Positions 14,501 to 27,140 of a stretch of DNA of 64,000 nucleotides are shown one piece after another. The stretch spans positions 71,672,001-71,736,000 of the forward strand of contig OZ360239.1 in assembly GCA_977017645.1 (NCBI GenBank), written 5' to 3'. The translations under genes were made by a program, and so were the position numbers. Numbering within the stretch: the first letter of the stretch is position 1; each line of letters starts with the position of its first letter. The notes beneath the pieces are model-generated. The model made no database searches. It saw only the letters and a program-made list of their open reading frames with translations, and was not told the origin of the DNA. The DNA comes from Torpedo marmorata (Eukaryota).

Positions 14501-14877
14501 TGAATTCCTACTTTAGGAATTTTCCTCTGAAACAATTTATACATTTGAGAAATAAATTTATTGACATCTCCTTTAGTAACTAATAATTCTAATTCATTCT
14601 GTCTTGGTAAAATCAAAGCGTAACCTAATTTCTCAATCAGAAAAGCTCCGCCCAACTTCTTCTTGAATTAGACTTTCTTTAAGCACTATTTTATTTGACT
14701 TTTGTTCTTTTCCTTTTCTTATAGACATTCTTCAGTAGTTAACAAACGATCTTAAATTCTTTAATAACCAAATAAAGTTTTTTTTAGTACAGTTTTTGAT
14801 TAATTCTGTTGGGAGAGGTGTATTCCCACGCTCCAGCCTACGCCATCACGCCACGCCCCCCCCCCCCCGTGATTTTT
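11555..14877 (-). mobile_element. Nested cluster of three L1-clade LINE copies
   Basis: Three ORF2 C-termini (e.g. RYRLVQYNFFHQLYLTP...CFRC...KIWSPY) each with an A-rich 3' tail (about 11555, 12505, 13599). Outer TSD GAACTTC(A/T)CATTTTT (11540-54, 14878-92). Inner TSD GCCCAACTTCTT (13587-98, 14650-61). Confidence 0.85.
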
Positions 14878-16079
14878 GAACTTCTCATTTTTGATCTATT
14901 TTTATTATTTGTATCTTGCCCAAAAGGAACAATAAAACTCTTGACCTCATTAATTTGCCCCATGCTATCAAATCCTTTAGGAGCAGTCTAACCAGCCTGT
15001 CTCAAATGCAAAGTACTTGTTGATACCTCCCAAATTATTCCAGGAATTGCACAGTGGCCGACACCATAAAATCTGTTGTTCGCTTATCTTGAGGGTCAAA
15101 TAAAACTTAAAACAATGTTGCGTTTGGATTAGGATTCCCACCAGAAGATTTACTTGCTTCTCACTCTGATGTGACTCTGAATTGCTAAGGATATTCAAAG
15201 GAAAATGTAAATTTCCCAGAGGAATTGAGGGGCCTTGGAAATTCAGAGTGGCAGCAATGATGCAGTGCGAGGGATGTAGATTGGGGATCAGGTTATGGCG
15301 GGGAGCCTTGATGCAGCGCATCGGAAATGGAGACTGCAGAGGGTGAGGGACTCGGCTAATAGGAATCCCAGGAAAGTGCCTTGCTGGGAAGACCTGGTTG
15401 CTCAAAGGGTGCTCCCAAAGCAGAGTGGCTTTGTCCCCTGTATTGCTTACACTGAAAGCCCCCAACGTGACTTGCACGCAGGAATGCCTTGCTCAATGAT
15501 ATGAAATAAACTTTGGAGTGAGAGGTTTAGGGGAAAATGGATTTCAATCACATTAGACTTCTATTTAAAAAAAGTTGTAGAATTGAATTTCTGGGTGCGC
15601 ATTTGTCCTGTCCTTGAAGTTGATAATTAATTCTTGCTCCAATTTCACACAAAAAGATCCTCACATCAATATAACAACACAAAAAAAAAGTGATTTTAAA
15701 TATTGTTATATTACTGTGATTATTGAGACCTAATTTACTTTAGTAATGAAGGTGCACAAAAGCAACAAATGTTGAGTTGTGTTACTAACTGATAGCAGAA
15801 GGCTCGAGAAGAGATGGCATCGAACTATCTGAGTTGCAAAAGAACCAAAGCAGATAAAACACATGAGAGACTGCAGATGCTGGAATCTGGAACAACAAAA
15901 ACCATTTGCTCCAGTCCCAGTATATCATCAGTGAGAGGGGAAGAATGGTCAACGTTCCAGGTCTGAATCTTTCATAAACTTTTTATGCAACAAATGGTTG
16001 AGACCTGAAATGCGCTGCCAGTGGTAGGAGTGAAGGCAGGTTTAATTGAGGCATTCAGAAGCCAGAGTCACTGAACCCT

Positions 16080-16905
16080 GCAGCTTGACAACAGGCCTTA
16101 ACTCATCCAAGCTGAAAACCTGACCAAGTCCCACTTGCCTGCGTTTGGCCGATATCCCTCTAAACCATGTGCCTGTCCAAATGTAGTAATTGTACCTGAT
16201 CCTACAACTTTCTCTTGCACCTTGCTCGTTCCATACACCCACCGCCCTCTGTGTGTGGAAAAAAAATGCCCCTCGGATCCCTTTTTAAATTTTTCCCCTG
16301 TTGCTTTAAACCAGTGGTTTTCAAAATTTTCTTTCCACTCACATACCACCTTAAGTAATCCCTATGCCATAAGTACTCTGTGATTAGTAAGGGATTACTT
16401 AAGGTGGTATGTGAGTGGAAAGAAAAAGGTTTGAAAACTACTGTTTTAATCGTACCTAATTGACTCGTTATGTGCACGGTTTCATAACTCCAAAGGAAAC
16501 GGGCCAATGACAATTTTTCTCAAGCAAAATATTTCAGTAACAATTGGGTCCAGAGCAGTGGTTCACAACCTTCCCTTCCCACTCACATATCACCTTAAGC
16601 AATCCCTTGACCAATCACAGAGCACCTATGGCATAGGGATTACTTAAGGTGGTATGAGAGTGGAAAGAAAAAGTTTGAAAACCTATGCTCTGTAGTTTTA
16701 GACTCCCCTACCCTGGTGAGAAAGAGGATGTTTATTTGTCTTATCTTTGCCCCTCATGATTTGATATCCCCCCTTAAGGTCACCCCTCAGTCTCCCAGGC
16801 TCCAGGGTAAAAAAAAGCCCCAGCCTATCTGGCCGCTCCTTCGAACTCAAGCCTCCAGTCCCAGTAACATTCTCAAGAAGTTTTCTGCACCTTTCCAGAG
16901 CTGAA
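16080..16905 (-). mobile_element. CR1 LINE 3' fragment interrupted by a MITE
   Basis: GEKFKRDPRG.FF-like and LEGYRPNAGKWD C-terminal ORF2 motifs, interrupted at 16312-16683. Confidence 0.7.
16312..16683. mobile_element. hAT/Charlie-like composite MITE built from two palindromic units
   Basis: CAGTGGTTTTCAA terminus. Palindromic units 16312-16443 and 16556-16683 are inverted relative to each other. The right terminus is truncated. Confidence 0.7.
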
Positions 16906-18093
16906 TGTAAAGAATTTATGGAGCTATGAGGGACAACAGCAAAGGGGTAGGACTAGCTCTTGTGTCAATCCAGTACAATTTTGACAGACTGATTGGCCTC
17001 CTCTTTCCTGCACGTTCTGTTATTTTATGCAAAATGTTGAGTTGTATTTATCGTGCATAAAAATGTAAATTTGCAACATTCTGCACAATGCATTTTGGGA
17101 GGATCGTTTTAATCATTAAACTGCCTTAAAAACAATGCTGGCAGGACTTTGGTTCAGAGGTTTAAGTATTTCTCATTGGAAGATCTTTATCACTAAGCCT
17201 TTAACAAGCTCAGCACATTCAAAGTTGCACATTATGGCATGCAGTAATTGCAAGACTAACATTGGCAATTGTTGAAATGTTCTGCATTAAAAGAAAGAAT
17301 ATTTTTTAGGCAGTAGGTTGCACTGGTCATTGTCAAGTTGTATCTCCTCGATAATTTATTCAAGACCAAATTTGCAAAGGAAAGCATTCACTGATAGTAA
17401 TGCAAATGTAAACTAATATGGAGACTCTGTAAACATTTACTGAGATGATTGACCTGACCATTGAATTTTGTCATTTGTACTGCACGTCAATAATGAGGCC
17501 TAAAACCATCTGCAGGGCTTTTTTAGGTGCCATTCTTTAATACCAAAATCCAATATTATGAAGTCAGGAAATAAACAACTTTGCATTTGTAACCATGATT
17601 TTTACGCCCAAAGTACTATGAATAATTTTTGAGATGTTGCCACTATTGTAATGTAGAAAGCACATCAGCCAACAGCAGGAGGGCCTGTGTTCTCTTGTGG
17701 AACTTCAGCCTGAAATGCCATCCATACCTTTACTGTTCGACCTGATTCATCCCTCCAGATGATTTGTTTTTTTGCTTTAGATTCCAATGTTGTCCGCTTC
17801 TTGCGTCTCCTAAAAGGAGCAATGTAATGGTGATTTACGATGTATACTGGGCAAAATGTCAGGTTTAGTTCTCTGGTCTTCAAATAGTGCCAAGGAATCT
17901 TTTGTGTCCATTTGAGAAAACAGGAGGAGGTCAAGGGGCCAAATAAAAGGCTGGTGCTCAAGATATGAGCCATGGTATTTCAGGAAGAGTGTTAGCTTGG
18001 ATTGTAGATTGACTACCGCTTAGAAGACAGAATTGGAATAAACAGGGTTTTTTCAGCCTGAAAAAATGTAACTGGTGGAGTTCCCTAAGGATC

Positions 18094-18326
18094 TTTTTTT
18101 TTTGTTGATATGCAGCATGGTAACAGGCTCTTTCTGCCCAAGAGCCCGTGCCGCCCAATTACACCCAATTGACCGGCAACCCCTGATACATTTTAAACGG
18201 TGGGGGGAGGGGAAACCGGAGCACCCGGAGGAAACCCACGCAGACACGGGGAGAACGTACAAATTCCTTACAGACAGCACCGGATTCGAACCCCGGTCCC
18301 GGTCGCTGGCGCTGTAACAGCGTTGC
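18094..18326 (-). mobile_element. tRNA-derived V-SINE/HE1-like SINE
   Basis: B-box-like GGTTCGAATCC, core GTACGTTCTCCCCGTGTCTGCGTGGG and A-rich tail. Confidence 0.85.
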
Positions 18327-18389
18327 AGTTCTTCTGTAATCAGTTCTTGGCTGTCAATTATTTAAGACTTACATTAATCACCAGGAGGA

Positions 18390-19670
18390 GGGTGCAAAGT
18401 ACAAGGTATCCAAGTTTGCAGGTGACACAAAAATAAGCGGGAGAGACTGTTGGTGATGAAGATATTAGGACTCTGCAACAGGATGTAGATGGGTTGAATG
18501 AGTGGATGAAAACTTGGCAAATCGAGTTTGTTGTGGGAAAGTTTGAGGTCATGCACTTGGGTAAGAGAATTCTAAAGGCAAACTGTCATCTAAATTGAGA
18601 AAGATTGCATAAGTAGAGAGGGATTTAGATGATTGCACAAATCACAAAATGTTAGCAGGCAGGTGCAGGAAGTGGTTAGAAAGGTAAATTGTACATTGTG
18701 CTTCATTGCAAATGAGTTGGTCTTTAGAAATGGGGAAGTCTTGTTACGATAGTACAAGGTGCTGGTGAGGCCACTCCTGGAGTATGTATGGTTTCAATCC
18801 TCTTATATACTGGCATTGAAGGCCATCCAAAAGTGATTCACAAGGCTAGCTCCTGGGGTGAGAAATTTGTTCTGTCACAAGTGGCTGAAGAACTTGGGTT
18901 CAAGATGTAATGTTGCAGCAATACCCAACTTGGAATATTGTGTTAGTTCTGGTCACCTCACTACAGGAAGGATGCGGATACTAAAGAGAGGGTGTGGAGG
19001 AGATTAACAAGATGCTGCCTGAATTGGAGAGCATGCTTTATGAGGATAGTCTGAGTGAACTTGGTCTTTTCTCCTTGGAGTGATGGAGGATGAGAGGTGA
19101 CCTGATAGTGTATAAGACGATGAGAAGCATTGATCATGTGGATGGCCAGAGGCTTTTTCCCAGGGCTGAAATGGCTAATACCAGGGGGCATAGTTTTATG
19201 GTGCTTGGGAGTAAGTACAGGGGGGACGTAAGAGGGAAGTTTTGCCACACCAGAGTTGTAGGTGCTTGGAATGCGCTGCCGGCAATGGTGGTGGGGGCAG
19301 ATCCAGTAGGATCTTTTAAGAGACTATTAAATAGGTACATGGCACAGAGAAAAATGGAGGGTTATACAGTAGGAAAATTCTAGGCAGTTGGTAGGGTAGG
19401 TTATTGGGTCGGCAAAACACTGTGGGCCGAAGGGCCTGCGCTGTGCTGTATATTTCTATATTCTTCGTTCCATATTTGGCGATTAGGAGAATGAGGCATA
19501 ATCATATTAAACACATGGGATCCTTTGGGAATAACAGGGCTGTGGAGAACTGTGAAGAGATAAGGCCAGGAGCAGGTCAGCCGTGATCGTATTGAATGGC
19601 TGGTCAGGCTAAAGATGGGGTGGGGGGGGGGGGGTGGCAGACTCCTGCTCCAACTTTCTTGGGCTCTTGT
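18390..19670 (+). mobile_element. Old CR1 fragment with a younger CR1 3' end (about 18895-19465) nested inside
   Basis: SKFAGDTK (degenerate YADDTK) at about 18410. Inner copy reads MRGDLI...LFPR...VVGAWNALP and has a (TTCTATA)-like tail. Confidence 0.75.
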
Positions 19671-19804
19671 GGGCTTTGAAGTGATGTAGAATTTGAAAGG
19701 TTTGCATTACCTCAGCGTCACATGGAAATGTCGACCTGGATTAGATACCCAGTGGTTTTTCTGCATGTTGTCTTACAATTCAGAAGGATGAGTACTACCA
19801 TGTA

Positions 19805-20040
19805 TCCACCTGTCGTATAAGAATAGTTCTGTCTCTTTAATAAAATTGGCGGAATCTGGTGGGGTGGTAGATGAGGATGACGGGAACCCTGTCCTTGCTG
19901 TGTTCCAGGTGTCCTGGAATGGGAAACCTCATCCTGCGAGCAGACGTGGTGGAGGCAGAGAAATTGAGGGAAAGGAATAGAATCCTTCCAGGAGATAGGG
20001 TGGAAGGAAGTGCAGTCAAGATAACTGTGAGAGTCAGTAG
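19805..20040 (-). mobile_element. Penelope-like ORF fragment
   Basis: KDRVPVILIYHPT resembles KHRIPLILTYHPT of the 40-43 kb element. Confidence 0.65.
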
Positions 20041-20519
20041 GGTTTTTTTTTTTTTTTTTTTGCAGAATGGTTCATTCAGTGAATTTTCCCACATCAGCTT
20101 TCCACAGGAAGTGTATTAAAGGTAGAATTCAACTAAATCGGTGAAGTTGGCCGTTTCTTCGTGCCAACAAAATAAAGTTCCCATAAATTTGTCGCCACCT
20201 CTGGAGGCCCATTTGTTGGGAAGCATGTCTGGGCCAACAGGCCTTGCCACCGGGGTGTCCAGTAGTACGTCAGCCACAGAATGGATGGAAGACCCAAAAT
20301 GAAAAGTTCAAACTTGTGCGAAGTCCCCAGTTTTTATTTCTGTTTCGTTTTCTTTGGGATTGAACCGTGTAAAGCTCACACACACAGAATTGTGCAACCT
20401 GATTTCTAGGCAGACTTTTACATTGGGTAAAGTTTGGAAAAGGCAGGCCAAGTTTATAAAATGTAAAGCACCCTGAACTTGGGAAACTACAGTATAGAAA
20501 ACAAATTGAGGAAGTTACG

Positions 20520-21025
20520 CCTCACCTGATAAGTCGTTAGATAACTGAATCTTCAGTTTTCGTTCCACTTCTGTACACAAGTTAGAAATGATGTCAAGGG
20601 TTTGAGGGACATTACATGAGATGGTACCAAGGATGGGACCTTCAGTTACATGGAGGTACCGCAAGTGTTGGACTTGTACCTTTTAGAGTGAGAAGGTTAA
20701 GGGGCAGTTTAATTCGGAAGTTCTGAATTATAAAGGATATTAGTTGTGTAAATAAAAAGTAATCAAGAGTTATTACTCAATTGAAATATTTAAGATTATT
20801 GGTCAAAGAATTTGCAAGGTAAGGAAATGAACTGTTATAATCTGGAATGTTCTCTCCGAGGCACTGCACTAGTAAAAGAATATTCAACAACTTTCGCAGG
20901 GGAATTGGATAAATCCTTTAGAATTATGAAAGAGGAACGGAGAGGCGCAGGGATAGCGCTTTGAAAAGGCTAGTATAGGAATAGTGGGCCTAATGGTCTT
21001 CTCCATTCATATGTTTCTATGATTA
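20520..21025 (+). mobile_element. Highly decayed CR1 3' fragment
   Basis: Remnants such as ggacttgtaccttttagagtgagaaggttaaggggcag (LGLYSLERRRLRG-like) and a CR1-type tail. Confidence 0.5.
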
Positions 21026-21699
21026 TGAGCTTCAATTCTCTGTGCACAGCAGAGAGAAACCAGCTGTCTCCTTCATGTGGGTCGAAACAAAATAAAACAT
21101 CCTAAATTTGAAACATATTATTCACTTGGCTAATAAAATAAAAATGCTTGCAATGAGAAATGGCGGATTGCAATGCTCTTTCAGGGTTTATAATGCCTTA
21201 GAATATCTGGCATTATTGCTTTAATCATTGGCATAATGAGACAGGATGTCCGATCCCAAAAGGGAGATGGTTGCAAACTGAACTGTTTATACTTTGTGTG
21301 TTTTGGTCTGTGAAAAGAATTATGAAGGAATATAATAACTGAAGTAATGGTATCATGTTCCAGTGAAACTTAAATTGGATTTTCATTTGCAGTAATTAAG
21401 AGGTTGTTTTGTTCACATTCTGGCACCAGTACTTGAAACCCAATAGTTGAAGAATATATTTATGTCATGGTTCAAGATAATCCTTTGTTAAGTTTTCTAC
21501 ACTGCTCGATTTACATGCCTGATTTTAAACCTGGGGTTTTTATGTTCATTAATATTATAAGGGGATACAGTACATTAGCTGAATAAATTACTTGTGATTT
21601 GATTTTATGGTTTAATGCTGCCTTTTAGAATTAAACATTTTAACTCTGACTCTTTAGAATAAAATTTAAACTCTGACTTCCAAATAAAATGAAGAATTA

Positions 21700-22732
21700 A
21701 CTCGCAAGCGTATTTTAATTACTGAAACTGTTGCTTAACTAGGAAGTGATGGCCTCTGCTCTTTGCACTAGAAAGTGTGATACCCTTTATACCTGCCGTA
21801 GCCCTTTGGACTTTAAAATTGTCCATGTTCATTTCAGATTGCAGCTTTTAACAAAGGAAGTGGTTTGTGCTTGGCAGCCCTCAACATACCAAGTTTTAAA
21901 GCAGATCTGTGAATGAACCTGCAGAGTTGATTGCAAGACACGGATTTTAATGAATTGGTCATAAGCTTCAATCTACAGGAAGCATTAGGAGGGAGAAGTG
22001 GTTCTTAAAGGACACAACTGCCTCTGGTAATTCATTACCTGAATGCTATTAGGTTACCTATATTCTCCTTTCCAATATTTCTTCAGCTGGTGCCCAGTTT
22101 GTGCAGAGCTGCTGTTGTGTTGCATTATGGTTTTATGCACTTAAAAAATATCGACAAACTGATCTATCTTTACAGTCGCTTTTAAATGCATGGAACATTT
22201 TGTTCGTAGGGCACTTGCTTGTAGGCACCAATCCATCTCTAACCATTCACAGCAGAACCTGGGCCTCTGAGAAGCTGAAAGTCACGTAAATACCAAATTG
22301 CATAAAACCATCAACTATCCTGTGCTACATTCCTTGACGTGTGTAACTGGGCTGAGTTGTACGCGGGTGCAGTGCCTTTCAAATGAGTTGGCAATTAGAC
22401 CCAGGAAAGCCACTCCAGTAATTGAAATCGTTGCTACTATGAAAGAGGTGGGACAAGATGACAACAAATGGGCTGCAAAGAGCTGCTGGTATGCAAGGTT
22501 CTTTTTCCGCTTGGCAGTTCATCCTTTTGTTTTGTCAGTGATCTGTTTGTTCCTTCAGTAATCGTTCTCTTGAGCCCAAGTAAAAGCTGTTGTGGGCACA
22601 AGACAGGAAGCACGATTATTGGCAAATGGTTCAGTTTACCGAGCATCGGAGAGGCAGGAATGATGCATATTACCCCATGCTGCAAAGCTAATGTCACAGG
22701 CTGATAGGACCTGGTTAATTTAACTGGAATGG
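21700..22732 (+). promoter_or_regulatory. ARID5B: Candidate internal promoter and alternative first exon of the short ARID5B isoform
   Basis: Repeat-poor region with several GGAAG(T) ETS-like and TGACGT/TCACGT motifs. It ends in GGA-ATG-G|gtaaca (ATG 22729-22731, donor 22733), a phase-1 donor that would splice to 27022 and give MAPNLKGRPRK. The 5' limit is unknown. Confidence 0.4.
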
Positions 22733-22976
22733 GTAACAGTTTTTTTTCAACTTTCTATGTTTATTCTTTGTCTCCTTTGTATTTTGTGACTGCGTCGTTG
22801 ATGTCAGGAGGACATTAAATGTATTTTGGTTGGTGTACCCTGTGGCTAACTGTCGGTGTAATGTTTATCAATGGTCCAGAGGTCTCCCACAAGAGTATTA
22901 AATGAACTAAATTAAGAAATAGCTGCTGCACATCTCTTAAACATAGTGAAGTGATTCAGGAGATCATGGTACTAGG

Positions 22977-22999
22977 GGTGTGTGTGTGGAGTTGATGGT

Positions 23000-23036
<37 letters not shown>
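22977..23036. repeat. (GT)n microsatellite, bipartite
   Basis: Two GT runs, each preceded by atggtactagg. Confidence 0.9.
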
Positions 23037-23039
<3 letters not shown>

Positions 23040-24734
23040 ATAAGGAGGTTCATGTCACTTTAACTGCAATCTATACAGGATGATGTTATCATATTTTAAT
23101 AATAGTGAAATTATTTCCATCTCAAGCCATTTTTGGACATATTCAGCTGAGCTGCAGTTTGTCTGCTTTTCTGAATCAGCTTGAATTGGATCACTTCCTC
23201 AGTCAGTGCTATTTAAAGGTCACCTCCACATTTGTTAAGTATGCATCAATAACTTGCAATGTACAATGGAGAGCCTTTTCTTAATTAACAGAATAACATT
23301 TCTAAAAGATTGTACCAAAGGACCAAATGGACAAAGCACTATTATGTTACTTGTATGTTTCAGCTACAAACACAAATATCAAAAAATAAACACGAAGATG
23401 TTTGCCCGAAGGTAAATAATTCAAAGCACCAAATAAATAATACGTACATGTTTACCATGTATATATTATGTTTATTCTCAATGAACATACAAATGCAGTC
23501 CTTCTCTGAGACCCCAAGCAACCAGCAACACGATTAGATTGTTTCTTTGCCATATTTTCACTGATTCTTTGGCTTTACAGTTACTTTGCTGAGTCTCATT
23601 ACTTATAGTTTATGTTTGAACCCTGTCATTAAAATAGTCATCAGCTACTGAACAAATATACAGTAATTTAATAGGAATTGTCGCTTATTTCATGCAGCTT
23701 TTGATGTCTTGGCTCCCTTTTATAGTATGATATGAAAGAAAATATGAACTTAGCTTTTGAGTTGTCAAACAATGTGCTTAATGATTACCAATCTCTCTGA
23801 TCTTTTGCAACTGGTTTCAAGTACTTAAGCAAAACAATCTCTAATAGTCGTATTCCAGGCAGTTCTTGTTTAGTTCCAGAACATTTTGCAAGATTGCAAA
23901 ATATGTTTGAAATCCCTTCCTTGAATATGGAATTGACACGAGTTGCATACACTTTGGGCATTACCACCATGGTATGAATGGTATCAGTAGACAAGTTCAG
24001 AGTACGATTTATGGTAGGTTAGGCCCTTCTAGGCACTAATATCAAAACATGGTAGAGGTGTATTTGCTGGTAAATGAAAGTCCAGGCTCAGCCTCGTATG
24101 GGATAAGCACTGTACATCAATCTGATTAATCACGAGCAATTTCACCTTTTACCACCTGTGTGCAGGAGGTTAAAACAACAACCTGAAAACACAAGTCCGA
24201 TGGTCATCAATCTAGTTATAGCTGAAATGCATTTCTGCAAGAGTCACCTTCAGATTATTTATGCATCTTTAGCTGTTCAAAAAGCACAAATGTGTCCATT
24301 GCAGGATTGGTAAATGGAGAAGTACCACAGGAACCCAGCAAGGTTCCCATGGATTTGCTGTCGTAAAATCCAGCTGCAGCAGATCCCCATAAAATAGTAA
24401 CACCACCATGCACATCTGCTCTTCAGTCAGCTGTTGGACCTCATTGGAAGTCCATCAGCAGTTGAGTCCATCTTTTTCACACAGTTACTCAAAATCAAAG
24501 TTGGCCCCCAAGATATCCGTTGCTTGAGGAAGATCTGAGCACATTACTGGCGCGAGTCAAGGAAGGAATAGCTCTCTTTGCAGAGTGCATCGTAGAAAGG
24601 TTTGTTTTTGGGCCCACTGTTTCAGTGGGTAATGTTTCCTCCCGACTAAATCTGGTGGCACGCTCACACTTGTTCAATGGGCCAGATTTGCTGCGGTGAC
24701 ATCATGATCTAATGTTGCACACAGTAATGATGCA

Positions 24735-25730
24735 CATGACAGTTGCCTCATCAGCAACAACGATGAGTCGCACTACAAGAGAAGAAGTGGAAAATCTCAT
24801 GAAATGGTGCGAGCATAACAACCTGAGTCTCAACGTGGACAAGACGAAGGAGACAATAGTGGACTTCAGGAGGACCAGGGACGACCACCCTCCACTACAC
24901 AATAATAGCTCGGAAGTGGAGAGAGTAGAGAGCACCAAGTTCCTCAGAGTCCAATTAAGAAGTGACCTATCCTGGACACACAACATCTCCTCACTTGTCA
25001 GAGGCGGGCAAGACCACCGGCCATCATCCTGTCAACTTTCTGCAGGAGGTCTGTCGAGACCGTCCTGGCCGGCTGCATCATAGTGTATTACGGTTGCTGT
25101 AGAACATCAGATCAGAGGTCAATCCACAGGACCATAAGAGTGGCAGAGAGGATCACTGGGGTCTCCCTCCACCCCATCGACGTGATTTACCGGGATCGCT
25201 GTTTGAAGACGACTTGCAAAATCATTGAGGACCCCGCACACAGCATCTTCCAGCCACTCCCATCGGGAAAGAGATGCAGAAGTATTAGAGTCAGAACCAC
25301 CAGGCGGAGAAGCAACTTCTTCCCATGGGCAGTGAGACTGTTGAACGACTGATGAACTGCTCACGCGATGACTCTACGATTTATTTAATAATAATATTTA
25401 TTTATTTATTTTAATGTGTACTGTGTACTTTTATAATAATTTGTTTGTTGAATAGGTTTGTTGTTGGTTTTAATTGCACATGTTTTATTGTGATGTATAT
25501 AGCACTATTTTTTAACTTCCGGTTGGACGCTAATTGTATCTCATTGGCTTGTTTTGCACTGGTACAATGACAATAAAGTGTATCTAATCTAATCTAATCT
25601 AATCTAATATATATCGTTTGTATGTGTTCTATCTGTGTGTGTGTTTGCAGTGTTTTGCACTGAGGACCGGAGAACGCTGTTCCGTCAGGGTGTACTTGCA
25701 CAATCGAATGATAAATAGACTTGAACTTGA
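24735..25730 (+). mobile_element. Rex1/Babar-like LINE 3' portion
   Basis: EVENLMKWCEHNNLSLNVDKTKETIVDFRR and LPSGKR...NFFPWAVRLLN. (TCTAA)n run at about 25582-25608. Confidence 0.75.
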
Positions 25731-26227
25731 TTAAGGACCTGCCTTTCTGAACATGTAGGCTTCCAACCATGAATATTCAATGAGCTCACAGACACCTGTG
25801 GTTTCAACCCCGGTCTGAGGAGCCAACGACACCAGTGAAATGGTAATTCCTAGCCACAGGAAACCAAATGCTGATAGTGTCAAACATGACTGAGCTGCTC
25901 ACACAAGGATCATGGTTTATGACTGAGGGACGAGGATGCTGCAAAAAGTAGGCATTGCCGTTGTGAGCAAACGTTTCTATTTATGCCATGTGACTTTCAA
26001 AAATTGAAAGCAAAACGTCAGCGTTAACTTTCTCTGCAATTTCAGCTGACGGAAATGCGCTTTGTTGAATATTTTGTAGAGTAGGTTATTTATAGTAGCC
26101 AAGTAGTGCAGCTGCACAAAATGCATACTGTGCCTGTCAACGGAGAAGCGATCATTGCAGTTCGCACTGGGATCTGCAGTTTCTGTGGAACATTGGATCA
26201 AATTCTGTGGAACATTGGATCAAAACG

Positions 26228-26509
26228 GGCGGCACGGTTGGCGTAGCGGTTAGCGCAACACCTTTACAGCGCCAGCGATCGGGACCAGACCGGGGTTCGA
26301 ATCCCGCGCTGTGTGTAAGGAGTTTGTACGCTCTCCCCGTGTCTGCGTGGGTTTTCCCCGGTGGCTCCGGTTTCCTCCCACCGTTCAAAACGTACCGGGG
26401 GTGTAGGTTAATGGAGTGTAAATTGGGCGGCACAGACTCGTGGGCCGAAATGGTCTGTTACTGTGCTGTCTGTCTAAACTTTAAAAAATTTAAAATTAAA
26501 AATAAATAA
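26228..26509 (+). mobile_element. Full-length tRNA-derived V-SINE/HE1-like SINE
   Basis: A-box-like TGGCGTAGCGG, B-box GGTTCGAATCC, conserved core and AT-rich tail. Confidence 0.9.
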
Positions 26510-26617
26510 ATGCAGGACCATACAGAAAATGCCTATTTAAAATTACACCTGTACTTTAAGTAGGAAAGCAATGCATACAAATATCGTGCCTTGTATGTAA
26601 ATGGTTTAATTTCTTAA

Positions 26618-26860
26618 AAAAATAATAATTTAGAGATACAGCACGGTAACCGGCCCATGAGCTCGCTCTGCCCTAACACACCCAGGTGACTAACCTTCTA
26701 ACTCCATACGTCTTTGTAGGGTGGGAGGAAACTGGAGCACCCGGAAGAAACCCATGCAGATATGGGGAAAACGTACAAACTTCTTATAGACAGTGCCGGG
26801 TTTGAACCCGGGTCACTGGCGCTGTCACAGCATTGTGCTAATCGCTGCGCTAACCATGCA
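26618..26860 (-). mobile_element. tRNA-derived SINE, tail-to-tail with the preceding copy
   Basis: Reverse-complement similarity to 26228-26509. Confidence 0.85.
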
Positions 26861-27021
26861 GTTTTCTTAAGGAAATGCAATTGCATTGATGTTAGGCTGC
26901 TTTGACCGATGTAAACACTCAATAATATCAATGCAGAACCATAAGTGTGACAAATTTTTCTAATGTTTTTTGTTGGTGTCTTTTGGCTTCTGAAAGTTTG
27001 TCCTCATTTTATCGATTTTAG

Positions 27022-27140
27022 CACCTAATCTGAAAGGGCGACCGAGGAAGAAGAAGCCTTATTCCCAGAAACGGGATGGGCCGGCTCTGAATGGCTGGAG
27101 AGATTCCAATGAGGACTCGGATGGGAAGAGCAATCCCAAG
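27022..27140 (+). CDS. ARID5B: ARID5B coding exon (human exon 5 equivalent; AT-hook-like KGRPRKKK)
   Basis: Acceptor ttttag, donor AAG|gtatgg. 119 bp, phase 1 to 0. Translates (A)PNLKGRPRKKKPYSQKRDGPALNGWRDSNEDSDGKSNPK, matching vertebrate ARID5B APNLKGRPRKKKP. Confidence 0.93.

Noticed and set aside
26228-26310. tRNA gene
   Set aside because: The A/B boxes belong to a multicopy SINE head, with no complete cloverleaf.
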